64,000 nucleotides of DNA, from positions 806,001 to 870,000 of the forward strand of contig JBNZDD010013726.1 of assembly GCA_050575255.1 (NCBI GenBank), given 5' to 3'. This document shows, one piece after another, positions 1-11,302 of this stretch. The notes below the pieces were generated by a model, which had not been told where the DNA came from, did no database searches, and worked only from the letters and a program-made list of their open reading frames with translations. The position numbers and the translations under genes were made by a program. The stretch's first letter is position 1, and each line of letters opens with the position of its first letter. Source of the DNA: Harriotta raleighana. Its lineage: Eukaryota.

Positions 1-320
1 ACGTTTTGGAGCCAACTGTTCTGAACTGCATTTATCTGCCTCCTCTTGGGAATATAGTGATAAGAAGTCTTTCATGTCTTTATGATTTAGTTCACTAATC
101 ATTTCTTAATATTTTCAACAACAGGAGTAAAATATGGTTTGCAATGTAAATTACAAATGCAATTAGGATTGTCTTGACAATAATAATCCAAGCATTGAGC
201 ACTTTGATTGTAGAAGTTAATAGCTATTTGGGGACATTGTAATGTGACTAGATTGAAACCATATGTCAACTTACTGTGGCCTGGATCCTGTTATATTTGA
301 ATAATGATTGGAGGAATTTT

Positions 321-629
321 TAATAATAATAATAATCCTTCCAGTTGACATAGTGCTTTTCACTTTTTCTAGGTGTCTCAAAGTGCTTCGTAGAATATAC
401 TGTAAAGTTAATTAACTGTATATTTGTGAAGCAAAATGTGGTAGCCAATTGCACACAGTAGTGCCCCACAAACAATTGTGGATTGAAGTGACCAATTTAT
501 TATTTTTTCTTGAAGATTAACATCAGGTATGTAGAGTAAGGAGACTTGCCCAAGGTTTTGCCCTGCTGGGAATCAAACCCAGGTCTCGCTTGTGAGGCGA
601 GTTTATAAGCACTGAGCTACACTACTCCA
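321..629 (-). mobile_element. tRNA-derived Deu-domain SINE (diverged copy, SGPL1 intron)
   Basis: Reverse complement of the family at 45162: (TAT)n tail, CAATTGGCT core and tRNA-like head. Confidence 0.85.
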
Positions 630-1511
630 CAGTCTGAAGTAGTTTTTAGTTTAAGTTCTTTATTGCCGAGTGCTTCATCTTACGGCTATGAGGTGGAGAT
701 TGCTCTTTGCAAGATTCTTTAATATTCTCTTAATTTCACATTTCAAGCAGTGACTCCTGCTGGAAGCAATATATTAATTGTTCTGATTTAGATTGTTGTA
801 CTTTGTTTCATTTAGTTGCCAAAGTTATCCTTCTAGCTCCATCTTGTGGTAAACTGTGATTGCCACAGATTGTTTGCAAAACAAAACTCTGCCTTTCCCT
901 CAAATTCTTACAAATTCAAGGTTTCTCTTTCTTACAAAAAAGGACTAGAGTTTCACAAGCAGATAATAATAATAATATCCTTATGGTTCATAACTAATTT
1001 ACTAATTGAGTAGCACAAGTGTTTTTTTTTGGCAATCGGGACTCTGGGTTTGTGTGACAGAAAATCAGGAAACTTTTTCCGAGAATATGAGAAAATAATT
1101 TCTGAGAATTATTTTGTGCAGTGCTTGTTTCCTTTTTATGTTTTTCTGCATAAATTCACAAATGCAGCAACACTGTATGGAAATGAGTATTGAATTAATT
1201 ATGTATCCATAAATAGCAACAAAAACAGTGTGGGTACCGCATAAGCACTTATAATAAGCACTGATTTAATTTGAATGGTATGTGCAGATCACATACAGCA
1301 AATCAGGGACCCCATTTTTGCAATCGGTTGGAATACAGTGGGAGCACAAGCCTTAGGGTTAGGGTAGTGTTAACATTTTCCTTTTATTCTGAAACTTTTT
1401 TTTCCCCTTTCAAAATTCAGTAATGGGTAATCATTATTCATGTTTGTTTGCTTCTATTAAGGCTGTGTGTTCACCCGGCACAGGAAATAATTTTTAGGTG
1501 TATATTTCAAT

Positions 1512-1848
1512 TAATAATAATAATAATAATCCTTGCATTTGATATAGCGCTTTTCACATCTTATCAACGTCCCAAAGTGCTTCACAGAATATACTGTAAA
1601 GTGAATTGACTGTATATTTGTGGGCGGAACGCGGCAGCCAATTGCGCACAACAGTGTCCCACAAACAGTTGTGGATTGAAAATGACCAATTTTATTATTA
1701 TGTTTTTTTTTGGAGGGATTATTATTAGGCATGTGGAGTAAGGAAACTTGCCCAAGGTTTCGCCCTGATCTGCCTGGATTCGAACACAGGTCTCATGCTT
1801 GTAAGGCATGTAAGGCGAGTGCTCTAACCACTGAGCCACAGGAGCTCC
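1512..1848 (-). mobile_element. tRNA-derived Deu-domain SINE (young copy, SGPL1 intron)
   Basis: Very similar to the copies at 7913 and 45162, with A box TGGCTCAGTGG and B box GTTCGAATCC on the minus strand and a small internal duplication near 1800. Confidence 0.9.
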
Positions 1849-2110
1849 AAAATTGGTTCTATTTACCAATTTATGTGTTTGTAGCATTTGCATAGATTGT
1901 TTTGTTTGGGTAATGTGACATATGATTACTTGTAATACAGAATATTTGATTAGCTGGATGTTATAATGTCTTTATTTTGTGTTCAATTCCCAAAGGCCCC
2001 TCATATTGGAGGAACCTTCTTTAATCTCAAGCATCTTGCCTCCCTTGCAAATCATTATCGTGTTCTTTCCAGTAAATACTATAGTTCCTAAATTGCTCTG
2101 TTCTTCTAAG

Positions 2111-2257
2111 GTTGAAGAAGGTGCCGGGAATCTTTGTCTTTGGAAAGCCTCAAGTGTCAGTAGTCGCTCTTGGATCCAAAACCTTTGATATTTTACGCTT
2201 ATCAGATGTACTGACGTCCAGAGGCTGGAATCTGAACACATTGCAGTTTCCTTCCAG
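2111..2257 (+). CDS. SGPL1: Sphingosine-1-phosphate lyase 1, internal coding exon (third from last, 147 nt)
   Basis: Bounded by ttctaag| and |gtagga. Hand translation gives [48 protein letters not shown](S), which matches the SGPL1 segment GIFVFGNPQLSVIALGS...GWNLNQLQFP. Phase is consistent with the next exon. Earlier exons lie upstream of the window. Confidence 0.95.
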
Positions 2258-2306
2258 GTAGGATTAATTTCAGCAGTATTTAGATCATATCTGTGATTTG
2301 CATATA

Positions 2307-2831
2307 TAGTAAAAACCTGTTTATCCGGCACCCACTGGACCTGGCTAGTGGCGGTTAAACGACTTTAAAAAAAAAAAAAACTTACAAATTATTTTAACGT
2401 ACCATATTAATAATAGACTAAATAATAACAGATAATAACAATATTGTATGGGTATTTTATTGTAAATATTATACTCTGTACCATATAAATAATAGAGTAA
2501 ATACAGTAATAACAGATACTGTAATAACAGAATATTGTATGGCTACTTTATTATAAATGTTGAACACTACTATATAAATAATAGACTAAATACACTAATA
2601 ACAGATACTATAATAACAGAATATTGTATTAGTACTTTATTATTTATACTTAACTTCTGCAATGGCCACCATGGGTGGAAAACAAAACGGCAGTAGCGCG
2701 ACTATTTAAAAAAATGGCAGTAGTGTGACTCAAATCCTCCCATCCCTAAGAGTAACATCCAATAATCCGACATATTTGCTAATCCGGCACCGTCTAGGTC
2801 CCGAATGTGCCGGATTATCAGAATTTTACTG
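2307..2831. mobile_element. Tigger/pogo-like (Tc1-mariner superfamily) MITE with about three internal 80-90 bp AT-rich tandem units
   Basis: Imperfect TIRs (T/C)AGTAAAA...ATCCGGCAC and GTGCCGGAT...TTTTACTG, each flanked by TA. The unit starting aataatagac/gtaaat repeats at ~2410, 2488 and 2577. Confidence 0.7.
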
Positions 2832-2835
2832 TACC

Positions 2836-3049
2836 TATTATTACTATATTTACTCTTATTATTTATATGGTACAGTGTACAACATTTACAATAAAATACC
2901 CATACAAAATTGTTATTCTTTATTATTTAGTCTATTATTAAGATGGTATGTGTTAAAATTTAAAATAATTTTTTAAAAAGTTGACCCGGAAAGCCGTTTA
3001 ACTGGCACTGGCCAGGTCCCATGTGTGCCGGATAAAAGGGCTTTTACTG
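2836..3049. mobile_element. Partial inverted second copy of the same MITE (left ~210 bp)
   Basis: Its reverse complement aligns by eye to 2307-2515. It ends in CTTTTACTG|TA. Confidence 0.7.
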
Positions 3050-3192
3050 TATCATGGAGCTTTTTGGGATAGTGGAGAAAATACAAGTTAAGTTAAAAAT
3101 TCTTCCAAACGTAGCATTTCTAAACAAATGAGCAAAAGTTCATCTATTGCAAAACAAATAGGGACATTAACGTAGTCAAAATTTTCTTTCAG

Positions 3193-3313
3193 CATTCACA
3201 TATGTGTGACACTTTTACATACAAAACCTGGAATTGCCGACTGTTTTGCAAAAGATATACGAGAATGTGTGGCTGAAATAATGAAGAATCCCAGACAGAA
3301 AACTACTGGCAAG
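3193..3313 (+). CDS. SGPL1: SGPL1 penultimate coding exon (121 nt)
   Basis: Bounded by ttctttcag| and AAG|gtaagt. Translates IHICVTLLHTKPGIADCFAKDIRECVAEIMKNPRQKTTGK, matching SGPL1 IHFCITLLH...[20 protein letters not shown]. Confidence 0.95.
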
Positions 3314-3622
3314 GTAAGTGTGCAGTGTAACTTGGTTATATGCTGCAGGTATTGAAAAATGCAGAAATATTTTCCCCAAATTGCAGATGGTTTGGCAAAT
3401 TTTGCAAATAATTTGATAGCTTTGTGGAAAATTGTGGAAGGTTGATTTGTACTCTTGAGAGGCACGTTGACTGAAACATCCCAGATTAAAACTTTAGGCA
3501 TATTTCCTGAACATGTAGTTTTGGTTAAAATGCTAAGAATGTTAATTTGAATAGTACCCCAGTGTAGGCAAAGCCCACCTGTGAGATATGCCTTATTACA
3601 CATTTTTTTTCTCTGCCACCAG

Positions 3623-3766
3623 GGTGCTATATATGGCATGGCACAATCCATCCCAGATCGTTCCTTGGTGACCGAGATAACACAAGGATTCTTGGACTGT
3701 CTGTATTGTACAGACCTTCCTGGTGAAAACAAAAAGCACATGAATGGAGCATCGGCGCATCATTAG
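3623..3766 (+). CDS. SGPL1: SGPL1 last coding exon, ending in TAG
   Basis: Polypyrimidine tract then ccaccag|GGT. Translates GAIYGMAQSIPDRSLVTEITQGFLDCLYCTDLPGENKKHMNGASAHH*, the SGPL1 C-terminus (GAIYGMAQ motif). Confidence 0.96.
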   Translation, partial: GAIYGMAQSIPDRSLVTEITQGFLDCLYCTDLPGENKKHMNGASAHH

Positions 3767-6700
3767 TAACAAACAAACAAAAATCTTGGTTTGATGATAA
3801 TACTGTATTGGGAAAGTGATCTGAATACTGATGATAAGAGAATTGATTTCTAGTTTTTGATTTTGCACAATCAATGCAAATCTGGGAAAATGCAATCCAA
3901 GATTTAGTTGGACCACTCCCGTGATATTTGTACCATTTTCAAAACCCAAATGCCTTTGCTTTTCCTTTCGTCACCCCTATAAGCCCCAAATAATATCTTG
4001 GTTAGAAATCCTTATTTTCTGCCATTGTTTTTGAAAATCATGAAATATTTAGAAAGATTTCAAAATGTGGTCCAGTAACTTGACCATTGGCTTACTTATG
4101 CACTGATAAATTGGAAGATGCAAAAGACAATGGCATTCACCTCAATGCCTTCTAAAAATGTCTTGATGGAAATCTCTTGAAGGAGCGATTTTACATACAA
4201 TTACTAAAAATGCTGCTATTTGTGATTATTTACCTAACAAAAATTGGGGATAATTTTGCAGCAAAAGAGAAACACCAGGTTGGTGCTCCAATGTAGTTTC
4301 CTATTTTGTGGCAGGTTGAAAACTTTCCATCTCAATTTTGCTTTCAGGGAAAATGCCAAGCAGAGGCTTGTACAAGGGAAAATGAGTAGTTGGATCACAT
4401 GAGCACACTTCCTTGCAACCTGAATGATGTTGATAAAGGCCAAAAAACTGGTTGCTCAATTGGCATCCCTCTCGATTTCGGAATCATGGGGAAAAAAAAT
4501 TACAAAAACACTAAAATTGAAACCAGAGATGATTACAGTGAATGATTGCTATTTGGAGGGCTGGGGCTAAAGTGAGGGTAGGAAGTAACCCAAATTGCTG
4601 GTTCCCTGTTGTGATTGACAGAATTGCACAAGACCATTATTAAATGCAATCAGGTTGCTTATTGTGTTTGATACCATGATTGATCTTGTCTTAATTTGGG
4701 ATGTGGAAAAATACTGAGGCCGTTTAACCCTAAACATACTTATAATTGTGAAGGAAAGAAACATGACTCTTAGTAGGTGTGAAGGTCAGTGTGATTTTTA
4801 ATTAAAAACAATATCGCTCTTTTAAGATACAAATACATCAACTCATTAAAAAATTATCCATATCTGTGCCTAAGTACCCTCTTTAATATTGAATTCAAAA
4901 GATGGATCTCTTTAGATTTTCTGATGGGGATTTTGGTTTGCATTTGTTTTTCAATTCCTTTGTTATTTTCTGTGACCAGTTGCTCCAGGACTATAACAGG
5001 TATAAATAACATCTGTGGGAAGGGCATTGATGTTTTGAAAAGCTGTTTTTTGTTTATTTGTACTGTATCAATTGCTAGGCTTTGACACGCACCAGTGTAC
5101 GTTTTACAAATGAGTGTGCTGAAAATTAACGGTACTTTAGTCATATTTTAGTCTTGCTGATTCTTATTAATCTTTATCTTTGAACATAGAGTTTTTGTTA
5201 ATCGGTTCTCATGTGCATATAATAGTAATATTGTTCTTCATCCATTTTCAGATGTACTTTTCCATGGTTAATTCCATCATGGAAAATCACCCCTTACTCT
5301 ATTGTTTGGTTAGTGATTGATACTGGAGGATTTTTGCTATATTGTTTTAATAATCTAGTAGTCACAATCGATAGCAGACAAACAAACCTGAGAAAACAAG
5401 GTTGTGCTAATTAGAATTTGCATCTGCTTGAATCGGCCTCAAGACTGGCCTGTGGCATTATGGATGTATCACAATTTAGGCTAAATATATGCACAAATGT
5501 CTTCAGAGCAGTTGAATTTCAACTATCGCAGTCGGCTACCACTTATTCTTTCCCTCTCCCATGCATTCTCCCTCCCTAATGTTCTCTGGAGTAAGGAAAA
5601 TGTTAAATGTTTTTTTCTAAACGGTTGTTGCATTACCTATACTGATTTACTGTACCCATGGTGTGGAGATGATATATGTGCTTCACATTCCACTGAGAGA
5701 AAGTGCAGTCTTATTGATGTTGATGTACTTAAACAAGACTTGCAGGACAAACTTGTTTTTCAGAGAAAGCTAACTTAAAACAGTTTTTAAACCAGAAACG
5801 TGACTGCTGTGGTTCTCAAAATTGGAGGAGGTGTATTTTATACTGCTGTGGTAATATCTTACAAGCGTTTTTAAAAAAAGATTCTGTAGAATATTTGATT
5901 TGATTATCATGACAACAGTGAGAACCATAACTTATACATTTTCCTGTAAATAAAAATGTACAATACAGGTGTTTTGGGAACATAAGAATGAATCATGTGT
6001 AAGTACAACTTTTCTTCCAGATCAGAACATTCTTTTGACAGTTATTAATCTTCCAGTTTCCAGTGTCTAAATGAGTAACTGGAAACTGGCTACAGTGGCA
6101 ATTTTACTTCCATTATCATCGGTAGGAACTAATAATAAAATGTTTAGTGTGTAGACAAGACATCCCTTCTGTGCCCATTACACAAGATCAGTACATCCAT
6201 TGTTTCTTCCCATTTCCTTATTAAATCATGTTTCTAATGCAATATACTACAATCAAGTGATTATTTTCACTATTCAAAAGGGAAGACAGGCCTCCTGTTC
6301 ATCTTTGTTTCGGACATATTATGGCACTGGTGTTATTAGGAAAAGAGAGCTCATCACCTTATTTTAATGAGATGTCTTGCATCCTGTACACCTACTGTAA
6401 GCCATTAATAGATCAGAGGTTGCACAACTTAGCCATTAAGAATGTGTGTGGTACCACTTTGATATTTAAATTTGGTTCTAAGAACATGGAAGGCTCCAGG
6501 GAATTAATGCCAAACGGTTAGATAATTGGGTCGGCCTTTTTAATTGCGAATCTACTAATTGGATGCTATGTCTCCATAGACTATTTAAGATCAAGCTTAT
6601 GTGTATTACAAAACTTGTTAAATTATAAGAGTCTTTCACACAAGTCGGAGGATTATTTGTTGGACCTGACTGAACCCTGTATCTTCTGAAAAACTGAAAT

Positions 6701-6790
6701 TGTCTATGACCTGAATAAATGTATCATGAGATTATGTATTAACAAGTTTGTAATTGAGATTTGGCAATAAACCTAATTTGTTGAAGCCCG
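3767..6790 (+). other. SGPL1: Probable long SGPL1 3' UTR with candidate poly(A) signals (AATAAA at 5949-5954, 6714-6719, 6766-6771)
   Basis: Follows the stop codon, is AT-rich and has no recognisable SINE/LINE copies. The hexamers at 5949 and 6766 are each followed by GU-rich tracts. The true 3' end is inferred. Confidence 0.55.
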
Positions 6791-7238
6791 ATGTGTTTGC
6801 GTGCGTTGAATTCAGTCTCATTGAGCAAACTGCAACTCTTTACTCAGTACTTCCATCTGTGGATGTGTATGCCCTGGAGTGACGTGCTTTCATTTACTTC
6901 CTTCCCCTTCATTCTATACATTACGGAATAGTAATAATGTCATACATAGATTTGAATTAGTAATGAAATCAGAATGGATGAAGAGTTTTTGTTCCCCTTC
7001 CCCTCAAAGAAAGCTGTCACTGGTTGCTCATTTGATATCTGACAAGTGCGGGTTTGAGCCCTCAGAAGGTGGATGGCTGGTACCCGGGAATTACTTAGTA
7101 GTGAGCTTCTTGATGAGCAGCTCAGCATTGGAGCTCCTAGATTTCCAGTCACTAAGAATTGACACAAGTTTTAGGTACATTTCCAAAATCTTGCAGCTCA
7201 GTATGCACGACTAAATATGACAAAAATGAAACCATATT

Positions 7239-7256
7239 TTTATTTTTATTTTTATT
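7239..7256 (-). terminator. PCBD1: PCBD1 polyadenylation signal (three tandem AATAAA on the minus strand)
   Basis: (tttatt)x3 on +, about 215 nt beyond the PCBD1 stop, followed on the minus strand by a U/GU-rich tract. Confidence 0.65.
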
Positions 7257-7471
7257 CACAGAAGCCACAATTTCTCCAAAAAATATACGCTAATCATGTT
7301 TGATTATTAATGTTTGATTGGAGTAATCTGTGGTAAACTTTAAATATGAAGTACACTTTTAAAACTTTTATCACAATATAATTTAAACATTGGAATGAAA
7401 CACATTTGAAAGAGCAAATTAAATAGTTAATCGAAGCCTTTTGGTTTTCTGAATATTTAAGTCATTGAATT

Positions 7472-7567
7472 TCATTGAGAAACTGTAGCTTCTTCAATGA
7501 AGGTAGCCAGGTTAATATCTCGCTCTGACAATCCTCCACAGTCATGTGTGCTCAGTGTAATATGGAC
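7472..7567 (-). CDS. PCBD1: Pterin-4-alpha-carbinolamine dehydratase / DCoH, exon 4 (96 nt including TGA)
   Basis: Minus strand ttatcttttgcag|GTC. Translates [31 protein letters not shown], the PCBD C-terminus with the STH catalytic histidine. Not in the ORF track. Confidence 0.96.
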   Translation of the reverse strand, partial: VHITLSTHDCGGLSERDINLATFIEEATVSQ

Positions 7568-7912
7568 CTGCAAAAGATAATGGAAAATAGATAATGACAT
7601 TCCCAGTTGAGTTGGTGCATTTATATGGCCTATGTTTCCAACTGTCTGGTTAGTATATGCAGTAGTTTACACAACTTCTCTATGTCCATATTTTTTTCGG
7701 AATATGATAGCAGGAAACACCTATGCACTTGTGTGCAGCATTTACAAGTCAGCAATGGCAACTTTCAATGCTGTCGCCAAATATACCGTGAGATTGGCAG
7801 AGACTAGGCCAGTAATAAGAACACTACTGCTAACCCAGCAGTACCATCCACTTACTAGTCCTACCACTGAAAGCAGAACTGCAATGCAAGAGCCCTGGAA
7901 ATGGCACAAAAT

Positions 7913-8239
7913 ATAATAATAATAATAATAATCCTTGCATTTGATATAGCGCTTTTCACATCTTATCAACGTCCCAAAGCGCTTCACAGAATATACTGTA
8001 AAGTGAATTGACTGTATATTTCTGGGCACAATGTGGCAGCCAATAGCGCAAAGCAGCGTCCCACAAACAGTCATGGATTGAAATGACCAATTTTATTATT
8101 GTTGTATTTTTGGAGGGATTATTATTAGGCATGTGGAGTAAGGAAACTTGCCCAAGGTTTCGCCCTGATCTGCCGGGATTCGAACACAGGTCTCATGCTT
8201 ATAAGACAAGTGATCTAACCACTAAGCCACAGGAGCTCC
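7913..8239 (-). mobile_element. tRNA-derived Deu-domain SINE in PCBD1 intron 3
   Basis: Full-length family copy from GGAGCTCCTGTGGCT head to (TAT)n tail. Confidence 0.9.
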
Positions 8240-8458
8240 ATAGCTGTTTAGAGAGAGGCTATTTGTTGGGATTGTAACTTTCTGAGTTGAGGCTTTCTGA
8301 AGTGTGAACACCTTTGCCTAACAAAACTAGTCGCTGTACTATACAGTAAATCCTGTGAAATGCTTTGAGACACATCTGAGGCAAAAGCGCTACATCATAG
8401 TGCAGTAACGAGTGCATATTTTCATTTGGCAAAACACAAATATCAACACGTACATTAC

Positions 8459-8539
8459 CTTAGAATAAACATTAAACCATTCTGGGTGGTGGTCCATTTT
8501 TTCAGCCTGTAAAGCGACTCTTGTCATGAAACCAAAAGC
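8459..8539 (-). CDS. PCBD1: PCBD1 exon 3 (81 nt)
   Basis: Translates [27 protein letters not shown] with the diagnostic [10 protein letters not shown] motif. Donor is AAG|gtaatg; acceptor is ttttatccgag|. Confidence 0.97.
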
Positions 8540-8648
8540 CTCGGATAAAAGTAAATGAGAAAATAAACACGGAATTACTACCATGTAAAAGTTGAACTTA
8601 AACATCACTATTTATCCATTGTTAATTTTCACGTCTTGTTTCTCTCAC

Positions 8649-8780
8649 CTGATTAAAATTTTTAAAGTTGAATTCTTTATAAATTGCATCACGCCCGTCT
8701 ACTTCAACCCAACCAACAGCTCGGAGGTTGGTAAGGAACCGCTCTCTTTCCTCGGAGTTCAGCCTGATTGCCTTTCCTGT
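8649..8780 (-). CDS. PCBD1: PCBD1 exon 2 (132 nt)
   Basis: cctag|ACA...CAG|gtgaga. Translates [44 protein letters not shown]. The xGKAxRL...NLRAVGW segment and SGPL1 adjacency favour PCBD1 over PCBD2. Confidence 0.95.
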
Positions 8781-9598
8781 CTAGGACGGGCAAAAATAAG
8801 ATGAAAATATCATTCAAATTCTTAGTGTCATTTAGATTTCTTCTTTGAAAAATTGAAATGATCCTTTATTAGTTAGAAAACTCTTTCAGGATCACAAGCT
8901 TGGTTTGGCTTATTGTTCTTTAACTCCTTCTGTCTCCCCGCTATATGCAAGTTTCTTTTGCATGCAGAGTATAGGGACAAGCACAGATTTGAAAGCTACA
9001 ACTCACAAACAAAAATGCTTCCAGTAACTATTTTTTAGAATGAGGTGAGGATCATCTTACGTAGCAAGGCTTTTAGAAGGGTTTGTGTTGACTTTAGGAA
9101 CTTTGCAAATCCCATGTCTGTTTCCCTTTGCTACTTGCCCAGGAAAGAAACTTTTTTTATCAAACTGTTATTGATCTACAAACATTTAGTTAGTATAACA
9201 ACAACAACAAAATTCCATTTGTATAGAGACTTTCACATCGGAGGACATCCCAAACAGTCAGCGTTTCAGATCGATGTAAGATCGATGGATGTATGTAATG
9301 AGACTTGTTTCTTAGATAATGCGGAATTCAAATCACTTAGTCACCTTACCTGGTTTCATAAAATGCTTACATTTATTATTATTATTCCACATTTAAGATT
9401 AAATGCAGGGTACTGTATTGTGTTTTCAAAGTTCTTTAGAAAAGATGTGATGGATGTAGCGGCTTCAAAGAACACAAAGTTGTGGCCTAACCCTGTTCAG
9501 TCAAGCACACTGGAAATACCTGATTTCAGACGTCTGCCTGACTTTAATTGAATTACATATCAAATGCAAGGATTATTATTATTATTANACCCCCTGTG

Positions 9599-9764
9599 CA
9601 ACACACACACACACACATACACGTTTTGTGCAATTATCTGGTTGACGCAGTGGCAGGTATGTAGCGTACTTGAGCGTTTGGAAATGTCATTAAAGATTGA
9701 CAAAAAAGCAAACAAGCCACAGGTTGATCCTCCGCTCACTAACCCCTTTGCCTCCCTCTCTCCT

Positions 9765-9797
<33 letters not shown>

Positions 9798-10255
9798 GAG
9801 ACACACACAACACACAAAACACTCACTTCCTGAGCCAGTAACATAGCAACAGCTGCTGGGATCAGGGCAAAGGATCAGAACAACGACAGCCTCTGCCTTT
9901 GCAGTGGGTCCAAATGAAAGCAGAAAGACACAGCGACATTTATAACGATTGCTGTTAATATTCTGCAGAATATAAATCCCACACACAGACTCGATTCTGA
10001 AACCCACAACTCAGCATCTTATTTTTCAGAACAGTTTGAAATGGAGGGGAGGGGGTTGGACAACAATCTTGTAGGGATATTAAATGATCTAGTTACACTG
10101 AGCAGACTAAGACCTCAGATTTTGTTTCACACACACACACACACCCCCCCCCCCACACACACACAGTTGTTACACGAGAAATATTTAAGGAAAGGAACTT
10201 GCTCAAATTGGACTCGAAAGTTAAGAGAGAATAATAATAATAATAATAATAATAA
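9599..10255. repeat. Cluster of microsatellites, (CA)n, (CT)n and (AAT)n, in PCBD1 intron 1
   Basis: Directly visible at ~9600, 9765-9815, 10128-10164 and 10230-10256. Another (CA)n lies at 10608-10631, upstream of the ATG. Confidence 0.9.
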
Positions 10256-10561
10256 TGACACGAACGAGCAGACAGAGTAACTAACGTGTTGGCGTTTCTA
10301 ACGCTGACGCAAATGGATTTCCAAGTGTCTTCGAATAAAACCTGTCCGGCTGGGAAAAGATAAGTCTTGTTAGCTTCCAAATTAAGCTTCAGCGAGGATT
10401 TTCTTTTTAATGATGATTATTTAAAAAAAATTAAAAAAAATTATTTTTTAAAAATTAAAAATAGTTTAAAAAATACCATAATCAAAAAATAGTCAATCAA
10501 GGGAGGGTGGAAGGGGGGGAGGGTGGGGGGGGGGGGGGAGAAGCTTTGAGAGAGAGCTTAC

Positions 10562-10564
10562 CAT
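10562..10564 (-). CDS. PCBD1: PCBD1 exon 1 coding part (ATG only)
   Basis: Minus strand ctcactATG|gtaagc: A at -3, strong donor, phase 0. This matches the ATG-only first coding exon known for mammalian PCBD1. Spliced product is 103 aa. Confidence 0.8.
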
Positions 10565-10984
10565 AGTGAGGGAGATGTTGTCGATCAGTCTCTGGCTGGG
10601 GTTGTGTCACACACACACACACACACACACAGCCTAGAGGGCTGTACTCCACCCCCTGTAAACACTGAACAAGCCCTACACAGGATCACAGGGAAACCCG
10701 CCTGACAGCAGCCACACAAACACACTGTGAGCAGCTCACTGAGAGGGGCCACCGCACCTCTGTGCTTGGCTTTCCAAACACCAGTGTGTTAGGCTGCTGC
10801 TCTCCCTATTGCTGTGCAGTGCTGTCGGGAGTCAGGCTTTCAGCTCCAGCAGGATTGAAGGGCACCTAAACCAGGGTCCTCAACTCTTATCTCTAAATCA
10901 GAGCTGTTTGCACATCACTACGTTGTTTATTTCAATAGGCAATCTAATTATCATCATATTATTATTATTATTATTATTATATGC

Positions 10985-11302
10985 TCCATGTCGCCTGACT
11001 CACCCGCTCCACCATCGGTGGGCGAGCCTTCAACCACTCTGCCTCCAAGATCTGGAATTTGATCCCGCAATCCCTCTGCCTCGCCCTTTCCCTCCCTGGC
11101 TTCCTTCAAGTCCTGCTTCCAAACCCTACTCTTCGACGGCGCCATCGATCACCGCCCTTTCCCTCCCTCCCTCCCTCCCTCCGTCCCCTCCACTCTCCCT
11201 GATCCAGACTCCAGCTTGGATCTGAAACACTGACTGTCCAATGCCTTGGGACGTCCTCCCAGTGTGAAAGTCGCTATCCAAATGTAATTTTGTTATTGTT
11301 AT
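10985..11302 (+). mobile_element. L2 LINE 3' fragment upstream of PCBD1
   Basis: Similar to the 3' ends of the L2 copies at 44460-44718 and 51440-51748, including the GTCCA..GCCTTGGGACGTCCTCC...GTGAAA...(TTG)n tail. Confidence 0.8.

Noticed and set aside
3196-3741. 181-aa minus-strand ORF
   Set aside because: It is an antisense shadow of two SGPL1 exons and their intron, with no recognisable protein features.
6054-6071. Iron-responsive element (CAGTGT loop) in the SGPL1 3' UTR
   Set aside because: The five bases on either side of CAGTGT do not pair.
9340-9359. Another possible PCBD1 first exon, ATGAAACCAG|GTAAGG (minus strand)
   Set aside because: The donor is phase 1 relative to that ATG, so it is out of frame with exon 2.
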